Below are positions 1-9,700 of a stretch of DNA of 64,000 bases, piece after piece; within the stretch, counting starts at the first letter, position 1; each line of letters starts with the position of its first letter. The position numbers were made by a program, and so were the translations under genes. Below the pieces are notes generated by a model. The model was given only the letters and a program-made list of their open reading frames with translations. It was not told the origin of the DNA and ran no database searches. Origin of the DNA: Vulcanimicrobiota bacterium (GTDB taxonomy: Bacteria; Vulcanimicrobiota; Vulcanimicrobiia; Vulcanimicrobiales; Vulcanimicrobiaceae); the NCBI GenBank assembly GCA_963820825.1, contig CAWGBN010000009.1, positions 128,001 to 192,000 on the forward strand, read 5' to 3'.

Positions 1-776
1 GGCGGCAGTTGGTTGGAGGCCGGGACGTCGTCGCGAAACTCAACCTTACGGAACTTCTTGAGCAGCCCGTTCGCTACAGCACGCGATACAAGAGCCTGCG
101 CGCGTTCGTAACCGTGCCCGGTGCGATAATAGAATGCCAACGCATCGTGTAGTTCGATCGCGGCGAGGACTTCTGTGCCGCTCATTCCAACGGCGACAAA
201 TTGTCCGGCGAGGTAGTAATCGTCGGACTGCGCGGGCGTTACTCCCGCGGGACTCACCAGGATCGTGAACGCCGAAGGGCAGGTCTTAACCGCGCGGGGG
301 ACGATCCAGCCGGCCTGACTGATGCCGAAATACCCCAAGGTTCTTGCAGCTACGCCCGGCAGGTGAGAGGCGAAAGCGCATGCCGCCGCGACGTCGGCCG
401 CCTGCACGTCGAAGTTGTCCGTCGCTTTGCCGCCGGAACCGGCAACGCCGCGCTTGTTGAAAGAGAACGACGCGATCCCCGCCTTGGCAAACGTGTGCGC
501 GATTAGGCGCCAATACACCGACGCGTTGGCGTCATCATAATCGGAGCCTTGAACGAGCAATACCAATGGATAGCTCGTTTCGCCGCGCGGCACGAAGAGG
601 CGGCCGACCAAGACAACGCTGCCGCTCTTGAACCGGTAATCTTGTGACTCGAACGCAGGCGTAGGCGCGGCAGACGGCGTGGGCGCTGGACTAGCCTGCG
701 CGCGGGCCGCCGCCGGTGCCGCCGCGGCCCCTACCATCATAAGAAAAGCGCCTAAAATATTGCGAAGACGTAGCAT
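1..776 (-). CDS. Secreted alpha/beta hydrolase (peptidase S9/CocE-like), 3' end outside window
   Basis: Manual translation from ATG 776 (GAGGAG upstream): signal peptide MLRLRNILGAFLMMVGAAAA, then GRLFVP...VLLVQGS, FSFNKRGV and nucleophile elbow GISQAG. Not in the ORF track, apparently because no stop occurs before the window edge. Confidence 0.8.
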   Translation of the reverse strand, partial: MLRLRNILGAFLMMVGAAAAPAAARAQASPAPTPSAAPTPAFESQDYRFKSGSVVLVGRLFVPRGETSYPLVLLVQGSDYDDANASVYWRLIAHTFAKAGIASFSFNKRGVAGSGGKATDNFDVQAADVAAACAFASHLPGVAARTLGYFGISQAGWIVPRAVKTCPSAFTILVSPAGVTPAQSDDYYLAGQFVAVGMSGTEVLAAIELHDALAFYYRTGHGYERAQALVSRAVANGLLKKFRKVEFRDDVPASNQLP

Positions 777-1001
777 GGTTGATTCTCCTCGTCTCTTTCC
801 CGCCTTACGGTATGCATGACCGATTGTTTCGCCCACGGGTCACGGCGAGGGACGCGCGCGATTCAGACATAGTCGTGGCGCCTCTGAGGATCCTCAGCGA
901 GGAGTGCCCGCAAGGGTCGAGCAAATCGCATAGTTAAGGCAAGTGAAGGGCACCCCGATCGCCTTAAGGCGCACTCGATCACCATACATAAAGGATGGGC
1001 T

Positions 1002-1277
1002 ATGTTCATTTCGGTCATTCATAGGGTCAGCGATCCCGAAGCGTTTCGGACTACTGCGGAAAGCGCCGCGAACGACATCCCCGCCAACCTCAAGCTCCAT
1101 CAAACCGTGACGAGCAACGACCGCTCGACGGCGATCTGCTTATGGGAGGCCGCCTCGATCGAAAGCGTTAGGGACCTTCTCGAGCCGCTCTTGGGGCGGT
1201 TCTCCAAAAACGAATACATTCCGATCGACCCATCAAGGTCAATGGGACTACCGACGACTTCAAACGCGACTGTTTGA
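1002..1277 (+). CDS. Small hypothetical protein (possible dimeric alpha/beta barrel)
   Basis: 91 aa, AAGGA upstream, AICLWEAASIESVRDLL segment. Confidence 0.65.
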   Translation: MFISVIHRVSDPEAFRTTAESAANDIPANLKLHQTVTSNDRSTAICLWEAASIESVRDLLEPLLGRFSKNEYIPIDPSRSMGLPTTSNATV

Positions 1278-1454
1278 GTCGATCCTACCGTCACGAAGGG
1301 ATCCGGCGTCGAAGCCGGGTCTCTTCAGCTCTTCCAACCTACATATTTTCTCACGAGCGTGCCGGCGCGCTCGACGATGTTGTACGAGGCATTTGCTCGG
1401 GGCGCCCGGACGTTTGCGTCGTCGCCTATAATACACTCTTGCCCACAATCGCAA

Positions 1455-1476
1455 AATAATTTAAGCTTAAATTATT
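1455..1476. promoter_or_regulatory. Perfect 22-bp palindrome, candidate operator
   Basis: AATAATTTAAG|CTTAAATTATT ends 1 nt before ATG 1478; TATAAT at 1427-1432. Confidence 0.6.
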
Positions 1477-1477
1477 G

Positions 1478-2143
1478 ATGAGTGAACTCACGCGGCACGC
1501 TTCCCCTGTGCAAGGCCCGCAAGGCCTCGCGTGGGATGGTGCGACGATGTGGTTGACGAGCGCCGCGAATGGCCGCTTGTATGCGATTGATCCGAAGACG
1601 TGGAGCATCCAACGCGAGTTCGTTCCGCCGTCCGAGTCATTGGGCATCACTTATACCGGTTCGGATTTTCGGCTGATCCTGGCGCCGGCGATCGACGAAA
1701 CGGATCTGGAGCGCGATCACCGCTACGTCTATACATTTTCGCCCGACGCGGGATTTGCGGAGTGTTTCGTATGTCCGAATAACTCCGGATCATTTCTAGC
1801 CTACGCAAACGGCACGCTGTATCTCTCACAAGCCTGGGATAAGAAAATCATCGAACTCGACAAACGCGGCGTCGCGGTACGCGAAGTGCAACTGGAGCGC
1901 CGGCCGGTGGGCATGACGATCGTCGATGGTGCGTTTTGCCTCGTGACCGTCGACGAAGAGTGGGGCGACGGACGCTTCGATCGTCTTGGCATCGACGATG
2001 ACACATCATCGATAAAAGCGCTTCGCTCGCTTCCATTCAAACCGCGCAGCGTTGCATTTGACGGCGAGCACTTCTGGACCGCCGATCGCAACAACCACGC
2101 GATCGTGTCGTTTCCGTTAGTAGACTTCGCGCCGAGGGCGTGA
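1478..2143 (+). CDS. Beta-propeller protein (glutaminyl cyclase/YncE-like)
   Basis: Repeated blades PQGLAWDGATMW, SLGITYTG, PVGMTIVDG, PRSVAFDGEHFW. Confidence 0.7.
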   Translation: MSELTRHASPVQGPQGLAWDGATMWLTSAANGRLYAIDPKTWSIQREFVPPSESLGITYTGSDFRLILAPAIDETDLERDHRYVYTFSPDAGFAECFVCPNNSGSFLAYANGTLYLSQAWDKKIIELDKRGVAVREVQLERRPVGMTIVDGAFCLVTVDEEWGDGRFDRLGIDDDTSSIKALRSLPFKPRSVAFDGEHFWTADRNNHAIVSFPLVDFAPRA

Positions 2144-2243
2144 AAAAAGACGTTAAGGCAAGGCTTCGCTTTCCACTCCCACGATCGGCAATCGGGCAGA
2201 GGGGGCAGAATAGCGCTCGATATCCCCTATCCCAGGCGAACAA

Positions 2244-2331
2244 AGGAGAGGGTGGGATTCGAACCCACGGAGCGCTCATCACGCTCAGCGGTTTTCAAGA
2301 CCGCCGCATTCAACCGCTCTGCCACCTCTCC
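2244..2331 (-). tRNA. tRNA-Ser(UGA), class II; CCA not encoded
   Basis: Acceptor stem GGAGAGG/CCTCTCC, anticodon arm GCGGT-CTTGAAA-ACCGC, long variable arm, T-loop GGTTCGAATCC. Confidence 0.97.
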
Positions 2332-2402
2332 GCGACCCACCAAATGCCCTACTTACGGGTACTGCTGGCCGACGACCATGCTCACGGAGCGGCGGTCGCA
2401 CG

Positions 2403-2424
2403 CCATTTGCCTCACCATTTGCCT
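2403..2424 (+). repeat. Tandem 10-bp direct repeat, 12-bp period (arm-site-like)
   Basis: CCATTTGCCT-CA-CCATTTGCCT. Confidence 0.6.
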
Positions 2425-2574
2425 ACGCGCTTTTAGTCCCTGTAGTTCGCGCCGTCAGATTATTATTAGCCGTATTTTTGACGGCTTAACGGGACGCTGG
2501 TATACGCGTCCCGCATTACCCGCCCTATCCCCGCTTCGAGGCTAAACCTCGCAGCAGCCTCGCAGTTTAGCGCG

Positions 2575-5364
2575 CTATTTCGATTCGTGTCGCTCGAGCG
2601 CGAGTGCTAGCGCACCCTCCGTTGCAAGCGCAGCACCCTCGGCAGTCAGTCGCGCGAGTTCGTCGGGCGCGAGCCCCTCTCGAAGGAGTGCGGTGAGGCG
2701 CTCATACGTCGTTATCTCGGTAAATTCACGCCTGAAGCCGAGTTGCCGGAACGCGGAAGCGGCGTAGCCCTCCAAGATTGAGGCTCGCGCGAGCTCGCCG
2801 CGCAACGCGTAGACCAGGGCGAGGTGCTCCACAACTTGCGCGACCTTCGCATCATCCGGTTCGCGTCTGGCATGCGGTCCTATTACTTCGTAGGCAGCTT
2901 CGATAACGCCAGGAAAATCATCCGCTGCGACGAGATAACCCGCGAGATTAACAAGCGCAGAGCGGACCAGCGCCGTCTCTCGACCCCGCCGAGCTTGAGG
3001 TAGGATTTCGCGGACAAGCGCAATCGCTTGCTCTGTCTGCCCTTTCTCGTGTTCGATCTCAGCAAGGTTCAGAACCGCGACGACTTCGTTGTGCGTATTT
3101 CCGAGCGAGCGGTGACGCTGTCGTAGCTGCTCCCAGATGCGCACGGCCGTATCGGTGTCGCCGTTCGCATCGCACAACTGGGCTTTCGTAAAAAAGAATA
3201 GAAGGCGGAGATACGCGGAGGCGTTCGGGATTGATTCAGCCTCAACAAGCGCTTTTTCAGCATCGCCCCGCGTACCAAAGGCTAAACTGATAAAAGCATA
3301 CTTTTGGAGCGCGTCTGCGAGTGTCGGTCCGTCACCGCTGGCCCGCGCGTATGCAACCGCCCGCGTTGCAAGCTCTAGCGCCCGCTCCGAGCGATTCGCA
3401 TGTGCGAGCATGTCGGCCAGCGGAGTCGAGAGCCGAGCGAGAAGAAGCGATTCACGCGTCGGAAGAGCCGCTATGAACGTCTCATCTCGCGTTATGCCCT
3501 CGTTGCGGAGTCCAAGCGGTTCCCAAGCCATCCCGATTTCTGCAAGAAGCCAGCCGCCTGCGGGGACGTCGGGTTTCGTCAGCGCCCAATCGAGCGCCCC
3601 TCGAACGTTATCCAACTCGGTTGCCAAAGCCTCGTTAAACTCGGTCCTTCGAGCGGTCCGTTCCCATTGAACCCGCAGTTCTGCGAAGCGGACCCGCTGA
3701 TAGTACAGGTGGCGGTCGGCGAGTAGCTCGCGTTCACCCGCGTCCGTGAGTTTCTCCGAAGCGTAAATGCGAGTTGACTCAAGAAACCGATAACGTACCG
3801 AGTCGACTGCTGGTTCGGCAAGAACGAGCGACTTATCAACGAGCGACGAGAGCACGTCGAACACGTCGATTTCATCTAAGCCTTCGCTGCTGCCGACCGC
3901 AACGGCTCCCTCCAGCGTGAATCCGTTTACGAAGGTTCCCAACCGCCGGAACAAGACGCGCTCGCGTTCGTCGAGCAAATCGTGACTCCAATCGATCAGC
4001 GCACGCAGCGTCTGTTGGCGCGGAAGGACGTCGCGACTGCCGCCGGTAAGCACACGGAAACGCTCATCGAGACGTTCCCGGAGTTGGCGCGGGCTGAGAA
4101 TCCTAACACGCGATGCTGCGAGTTCAATCGCAAGCGGGATGCCGTCAAGCCGCCGGCAGATGTCCGCCACGACCGGTGCGTTTTCGTCAACCAACGTAAA
4201 TCGCTTGTCGACGGCCGCTGCACGATCGACGAAAAGTGCGATCGCCGCGGACCGAGTCGCATCCGCTGCCAAAAGATGACCTGCTATATCCTCGGGCGGG
4301 AATTCAAGGGACGGCATGCGGTACGTCTCCTCACCATCAATCCCAAGTCCTTGACGACTCGATGCCAGGACCTTGACATTCGGACAACCATGTAGGATAG
4401 CCGAGATCGCTCGCGAGGCAGGTTCGATCAGATGCTCGCAGTTGTCGAACACGAGCAGCGCACGCTTCCCCTTGAGCGCGCGAACTAGGTTCTCCACCGG
4501 ATCGCCGTCGGGCGCGAGCGTGAGTCCGAGCGCCTGCGCGACGGTAGATGGGACGTAGTCGCCGCTGGCGAGCGGCGCGAGTTCGATCAGCCAGACACCG
4601 TCAGCGGAACCGTCGAGCAAATTCGCCGCGACTTGCAGCGCTGTGCGCGTCTTGCCGACACCTGCCGACCCTACCAGTGTGACGAGTCGATGCTGCTCGA
4701 TGAGTGCCATAATTTCGGCGATCTCCGCGTCGCGCCCAACAAATGACTTCAACTGCAGCGGCAAGTTGTTCGGGAATAGGTCCACCGAACGCAGCGGCGG
4801 GAAGTCTGCCGCGAGATCGGGCGAGACTAACTGGTAGACTTGTTCGGGGCGAGCTAGATCGCGCAGCCGATGTTCACCCAGATCGCGCAAGCTTGCCCGA
4901 GGTGGGAGTGCGCCTTGCACCAGATCGGTCGTGACACCCGACACGAGCACCTGACCGCCATGCCCGATCGTCAGCAGCCGCGCGGTGCGGTTGAGCGCAG
5001 GTCCGAAGTAGTCGCCCTCGCGCTCGTCGGCCGTGCCGGTATGAACGGCCGCACGCACGCGCAATCCATCGATCCCCGAGAAATCCTCTGCATCAAGAGC
5101 GCGGTGCGCGTCGAGTATCGCCACTACGGCGTCTTGCGGGCGCGCGAACGCAGTGCAGAATGCATCGCCGATGGTCTTAAAAACGTAGCCATCGTGCTGG
5201 GCGATCGCCTTTTTCATCAGCGCGTCGTGTCGACGAACGGCGTCTTGCATCGCTTCGCGGTCGCGGTCCCAGCGTTGCGTGCTGCCTTCGATATCGGAAA
5301 ACAGAAACGTGACCGTGCCGGTAGGCCGGGGGGCCCACGGCCCGGATTCCACCTGCGTTGCCAT
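2575..5364 (-). CDS. Class III nucleotide cyclase + NB-ARC (STAND) ATPase + TPR protein
   Basis: TFLFSDIEGST and FKTIGDAF (cyclase), Walker A GSAGVGKT, Walker B LLVFDNCEH, LDGIPLAIELAA, helical C-terminus; ATG 5364 chosen as likely start (ORF open to 5595). Confidence 0.9.
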   Translation of the reverse strand: MATQVESGPWAPRPTGTVTFLFSDIEGSTQRWDRDREAMQDAVRRHDALMKKAIAQHDGYVFKTIGDAFCTAFARPQDAVVAILDAHRALDAEDFSGIDGLRVRAAVHTGTADEREGDYFGPALNRTARLLTIGHGGQVLVSGVTTDLVQGALPPRASLRDLGEHRLRDLARPEQVYQLVSPDLAADFPPLRSVDLFPNNLPLQLKSFVGRDAEIAEIMALIEQHRLVTLVGSAGVGKTRTALQVAANLLDGSADGVWLIELAPLASGDYVPSTVAQALGLTLAPDGDPVENLVRALKGKRALLVFDNCEHLIEPASRAISAILHGCPNVKVLASSRQGLGIDGEETYRMPSLEFPPEDIAGHLLAADATRSAAIALFVDRAAAVDKRFTLVDENAPVVADICRRLDGIPLAIELAASRVRILSPRQLRERLDERFRVLTGGSRDVLPRQQTLRALIDWSHDLLDERERVLFRRLGTFVNGFTLEGAVAVGSSEGLDEIDVFDVLSSLVDKSLVLAEPAVDSVRYRFLESTRIYASEKLTDAGERELLADRHLYYQRVRFAELRVQWERTARRTEFNEALATELDNVRGALDWALTKPDVPAGGWLLAEIGMAWEPLGLRNEGITRDETFIAALPTRESLLLARLSTPLADMLAHANRSERALELATRAVAYARASGDGPTLADALQKYAFISLAFGTRGDAEKALVEAESIPNASAYLRLLFFFTKAQLCDANGDTDTAVRIWEQLRQRHRSLGNTHNEVVAVLNLAEIEHEKGQTEQAIALVREILPQARRGRETALVRSALVNLAGYLVAADDFPGVIEAAYEVIGPHARREPDDAKVAQVVEHLALVYALRGELARASILEGYAASAFRQLGFRREFTEITTYERLTALLREGLAPDELARLTAEGAALATEGALALALERHESK

Positions 5365-5765
5365 GGGCCGACGTTTCGTGCTAGGGGTGTTCGCCTCCGC
5401 CGAGCGCCCTTTACACCGGCCGGACGGTTCCAAAACCTTGCTGTTCGCTAAGATGTCGTACCGACGTTCGTCGTGCGCCGTATCCGACCAATCCATCAAG
5501 CCGCGGCAGCTCCCGTTACGGAAGCAATCCATCGTGGAAGCCTCGGCGAGCAGAGTCGGCAACGTAGCAAAATGGGTGGCCCGGAAAGTGAGCACGCTTC
5601 ATCAGATTGTCGAAGTTGGACCCGATAGCGAAGCGAAAGCGTCCCTAACCGAGCCGCCGTTGCGAGACGACAGAGCCCTTGAATAAGACTAGCCCTGGCC
5701 ATGCGGATTTTTTACTCTTAAGCAACATCTGCAGAGTCGTAAGAAGCGTGTGAGAAGGCCGTCCA

Positions 5766-5788
5766 TCTCACTGATTTTCTCACCGATT
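5766..5788 (+). repeat. Tandem 11-bp imperfect direct repeat, 12-bp period (arm-site-like)
   Basis: TCTCACTGATT-T-TCTCACCGATT; resembles CTCACCATTT within the 2403-2424 repeat. Confidence 0.5.
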
Positions 5789-5878
5789 AGGACACGATAA
5801 GGCTGGATTAGCTCGGATAAGCCTGCTAGTCGTGCTCAAATGGAACTTGCGAAGACTTATTGAGGTTAGCTGTAAGCA

Positions 5879-5917
5879 TTTCAAGACCGCCGCATTCAAC
5901 CGCTCTGCCACCTCTCC
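5879..5917 (-). repeat. 5' half of tRNA-Ser(UGA), att-like scar, copy 2
   Basis: 39/39 identical to 2293-2331; identity ends exactly after the anticodon loop CTTGAAA. Confidence 0.93.
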
Positions 5918-5935
5918 ACGTCTCCGCTAGCGCTT

Positions 5936-5941
5936 ATTCTA
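5936..5941 (-). promoter_or_regulatory. Candidate -10 box (TAGAAT) upstream of the tRNA 5'-half
   Basis: TAGAAT 18 nt upstream of the G1 equivalent at 5917; no clear -35. Confidence 0.45.
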
Positions 5942-6210
5942 TAAGGATTTTGCGCGACAGCGAGCCACCCTTCGGACATGCCAATCTGCTTGTGGTTGCA
6001 GTGTGATTGCAGTTGGTCGGCGCCACACCTGGCGAACGGGTCATTTCTCAGCAACAGCCCGGGGTGCCTGGGCCCCCCGCAGCGCATCGGTAGCCGCCGC
6101 GACGGCTCTCTCACGACCGCCCTCGACGGCGTGGAGCCCTGCCACGGCAGCCGAGCGCGCACGAAAAACTGCTAGAGCACGCGCTCCGTCGCTTGTAACA
6201 AGCGCGTGCG

Positions 6211-6687
6211 TTACTTCATGTTGTGCGCAAGGTTCGCGCGCAAACTCCCACCGACGCCACCGATGAAGTCGTCGATCAACCAGCCTTGCGCCGTCTTTGT
6301 GACGACCACGGTCACGCGACCGCTCCCCGTCGTTCTCGCGTAGTGGATCGTTACAGGAACCTTCGCGCGGTTGCCGCTGATGCCGGCGGCACCGACGTTC
6401 ACCGACGACGCTGGAATCTGCGCGTCCTCGAACGGCTGGGCGTCGAGCACTTCGGCCTTGTTTTTCTGCTCGAAGGGACCGATCTGGCTCACTAAGCTGT
6501 AGAGCGACGACGTGAGGTACGGCTTCGCCCCGCTGAGATGGTCCAGCCAGCTCTGCGGATACTTTACCGACAAATCCCAGTTGTAGAAGGCGCGAACGAC
6601 CGCTTCAGGAGTGGTCGCCGCGGCCACGGGTGACGCGCAGGGCACGAGAAATGCAAGACCCGCGAGAAGCACAATACGGCGTAGCAT
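6211..6687 (-). CDS. Secreted DUF3828/YbjP-like protein
   Basis: Signal peptide from MLRRIVLL; PEAVVRAFYNW, LDAQPFEDAQ, GWLIDD motifs. Confidence 0.75.
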   Translation of the reverse strand: MLRRIVLLAGLAFLVPCASPVAAATTPEAVVRAFYNWDLSVKYPQSWLDHLSGAKPYLTSSLYSLVSQIGPFEQKNKAEVLDAQPFEDAQIPASSVNVGAAGISGNRAKVPVTIHYARTTGSGRVTVVVTKTAQGWLIDDFIGGVGGSLRANLAHNMK

Positions 6688-6775
6688 ACGCTGAACGCTT
6701 CGACGCGGGCACTCGCTCGACCCGCGTGCGAATTGCGCCGCATGGAGCGACGCGCCGCGCGTCGTAAAGGCGGCG

Positions 6776-9700
6776 GTGCGCTTTTCGCTCGACATCGCGC
6801 GTGCTTCCTTCGATTCGACGACGTTCTCGCGCGGAATGGACTACGCGCGCAGCGGTCGAGTCGTGCGGCTCGACGTTGCCGCCGGAGACGATTGCATCGC
6901 GGCGTCAGTGCGCGGAACGTCGGCGATTCCCTACGAAGTTGCGATCGATTGGCGCGAGGGCGAGCGCCGACTACGCAGCGTCTGCGATTGCCCCATCGGG
7001 CGCAACTGCAAGCATGGCGCCGCGGCCGCAATCCTCGCCGCCGAAGGCGGCATGCGCGACGCCGCCGACGGGGCCGTCGATAGCTGGCTGCAAGCGATCA
7101 CGACGCGGCGCTTCGAAGGTACCGTGCCGCGTCGCGAGCACGTGCTCTACGTGCTCGACGTTCGCGAATCGTACTACGTTCCACGCGTCGCCGTGACTGC
7201 GCGTATCGTAACGCTGCTAAAACACGGCGAACGCTCGATGGGCCGCGCGATTGATTTATCCAACCTCGCGCAGGGCGCTGGACGTTATGCGACCCCGATC
7301 GATCGCACCATCGGAAGGCTCGCGAGCGTGTGCGTGTCAACCGGCCTCGGCACGCTCAACCCGAAATTGTTTGCGACGCTGCTCGATTTGCTGCTCGCAA
7401 CCGGCCGCGTGCACTGGCACTCGACGAAGCATCCGCCGCTGCGGCGCGCAGACGTGAGCGAAGCTAAGTTCATTTGGCACCTCGATCCGGCCGACGGACG
7501 GCAACGGCCGGGAATCGAAGGCCGCAAGGAGGCGCGCTTGCTGCCGAGCGATCCGCTCTGGTATGCAGATCCGGAGGATAACACCGCCGGAACCATCGAT
7601 CTGGGCATCGCCGGAGAGATGGCGAGCGCGCTCGCGCTCGCACCTTCACTCAACGCAGCGCAAGCGCGGCGCGCGCATACGATGTGGCATCGCATTCCGA
7701 TCGCCCATGGCATTCCGCCGCCCAAGTCGGACACGCGGCTACGCGTCGTCGAACGCGATCCCGTCGTGCGCTTGGTGCTGCGCGGTTTTTCAGCAACTGC
7801 GGAGCTCACGTTCGCGTACGGAGATACGATCGTGTACCCCGACGACGTTACGTTCGAGTTTCAGGAGACGAGCGAACAAGGGGTCGCGATTGCGTGGCCG
7901 CGGCGGTTCGCGTTCGAAGCGGTCGCGAGAGCGACCTTGGCCGAGTACAGTTTGCAACCAGTCGCGTGGCCGCGCGGTCAGTTCTCAGCTACGGAACGAT
8001 CGTGGGTACGATTTCTCGACACCGCCGTTCCTGTTTTGCGCGATCGCGGCTGGCAGATCGAAATCGATTCGACGTTTCCGTACGAAGTCGTGCACATCGA
8101 CGACGCGGCGTGGGACGCGGAGATCGTCGAGAGTGCGAACCGCTGGTTCGAGCTCGACATCGGCATCGATCTCGGCGAGCAGCGCATCTCGCTCTTACCG
8201 GTCGTCGTCGATGCGCTGCAAACGCTCGGCGTGCACTCGGCCGAAGAACTCGCGGCCGAGCTGAGCGGGGAGCGCGCGCGCACGCTCTACGGGCGATTAC
8301 CCAACGGCGCGTTCGCTGCGCTACCACCCGAGCGTATCGAGCGGATCGTTTCGACCTTGGTCGAGCTATTCGACACGCCCTTGACAAAGGAAGGCCGGCT
8401 CGAACTGACGCCGGCGCACGTCGGATCGATCGACGGGCTCGCGGCGGCAGTGCAGCTGCAATGGTCGCCGGCGACGCGACTGTTGCGCGCCGCATTAAAC
8501 GAACTGGTCAGCGCGGAGAACGAGCCGATTGTCCTGCCGAGCACGTTTAAGGGTGAGCTGCGAGCGTATCAAGCTCGCGGCGTGGCGTGGCTGCAACTGC
8601 TGCGGCGCAGCGGCTTCGGCGGCGTGCTCGCCGACGACATGGGTCTCGGCAAAACGGTACAGTTTCTGGCCCATCTGGCGATCGAAAAGGCGCACGGGCG
8701 CTTGTGCGCACCGGTGCTGATCGTCGCGCCGACCAGCGTGCTGCCGAACTGGCGCGCCGAGATCGCGCGTTTTGTGCCGCACTTGCGCGTCGTCTCGCTC
8801 TCCGGGAATGACCGTGCCGAGCGTTTCGACCGCATCGAAGACAACGACGTTGCCTTGACGAGCTATGCGCTGCTCCACCGCGATGCCGATCGGCTGACCG
8901 AGCGTGAGTGGCAGATGGTCGTGCTCGACGAGACGCAGTTCGTGAAGAATCCGCGGTCGAAGGGAGCGCAGGCCGCGGCGCACTTACGCGCGGCTCAACG
9001 CCTCGCGCTCACCGGCACGCCGATCGAGAACCATCTCGACGAGCTGTGGTCGATCTTCTCATTCGCGGTACCCGGTTTGCTGGGCGACCGAACGCAGTTT
9101 GCGCGGCTCTTTCGCACGCCGATCGAAAAACGCGGCGATACGCAGCGCCGCGCGCTCTTGGCGGCGCGACTGCGACCGTTCTTAATGCGGCGCACCAAGG
9201 AAGACGTCGCGCTCGACCTGCCCGAGAAGACCGAAATCGTCACGCGGGTCGAGCTTGACGGGGCGCAGCGCGATCTCTACGAAACGATTCGCCTCGCGAT
9301 GCACGAGCGCGTGCGCGCGGAGATGCAACGCCGTGGCCTGGCACGCAGCCGGATCGTCGTGCTCGACGCACTACTCAAGCTGCGGCAAGTCTGCTGCGAC
9401 CCGCGGCTCGTCAAGCTTCCGGCCGCGCGCAACGTTTTCGACTCGAGCAAGCTCGAGACGCTCCTCGAGATGCTGCCCGAGCTGATCGACGAAGGCCGGC
9501 GCGTGTTGCTGTTCTCGCAGTTCACGTCGATGCTGGATCTGATAAAACCGGAGCTCGCCGCGCGCGCCATCGACTACGTGGAAATTCGCGGCGAAACGAA
9601 GAATCGCGAAACGCCGGTGCGACGCTTTCAAAGCCGCGAGGTGCCGCTCTTCTTGATCAGCCTCAAAGCGGGCGGCACCGGATTGAACCTAACCGCCGCC

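Larger units (their letters stand above)
2332..5878. mobile_element. Putative integrase-less island between tRNA-Ser and its 5'-half repeat
   Basis: Flanked by a 39-bp perfect direct repeat ending at the anticodon loop; 12-bp-period tandem motifs near both ends; no integrase inside. Confidence 0.55.

Noticed and set aside
884..971. Palindromes CTGAGGATCCTCAG (884-897) and CGCCTTAAGGCG (960-971)
   Set aside because: Short, unrelated to each other and with no cognate regulator; cannot be assigned.
933..2162. 11-bp direct repeat GTTAAGGCAAG (933-943, 2152-2162) flanking two genes
   Set aside because: A match this short is plausible by chance, and there are no terminal inverted repeats or transposase.
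2541..2571. GCTAAAC...GTTTAGC inverted ends with internal CCTCGCAG x2, attC-like
   Set aside because: Only 31 bp, does not fit RYYYAAC/GTTRRRY, single copy and no integron integrase; more likely a terminator-region hairpin.
5365..5760. Possible integrase remnant at the right end of the first segment
   Set aside because: No R-H-R-H-Y or serine-recombinase motifs recognisable in the ORFs covering it; TBLASTN would be needed.
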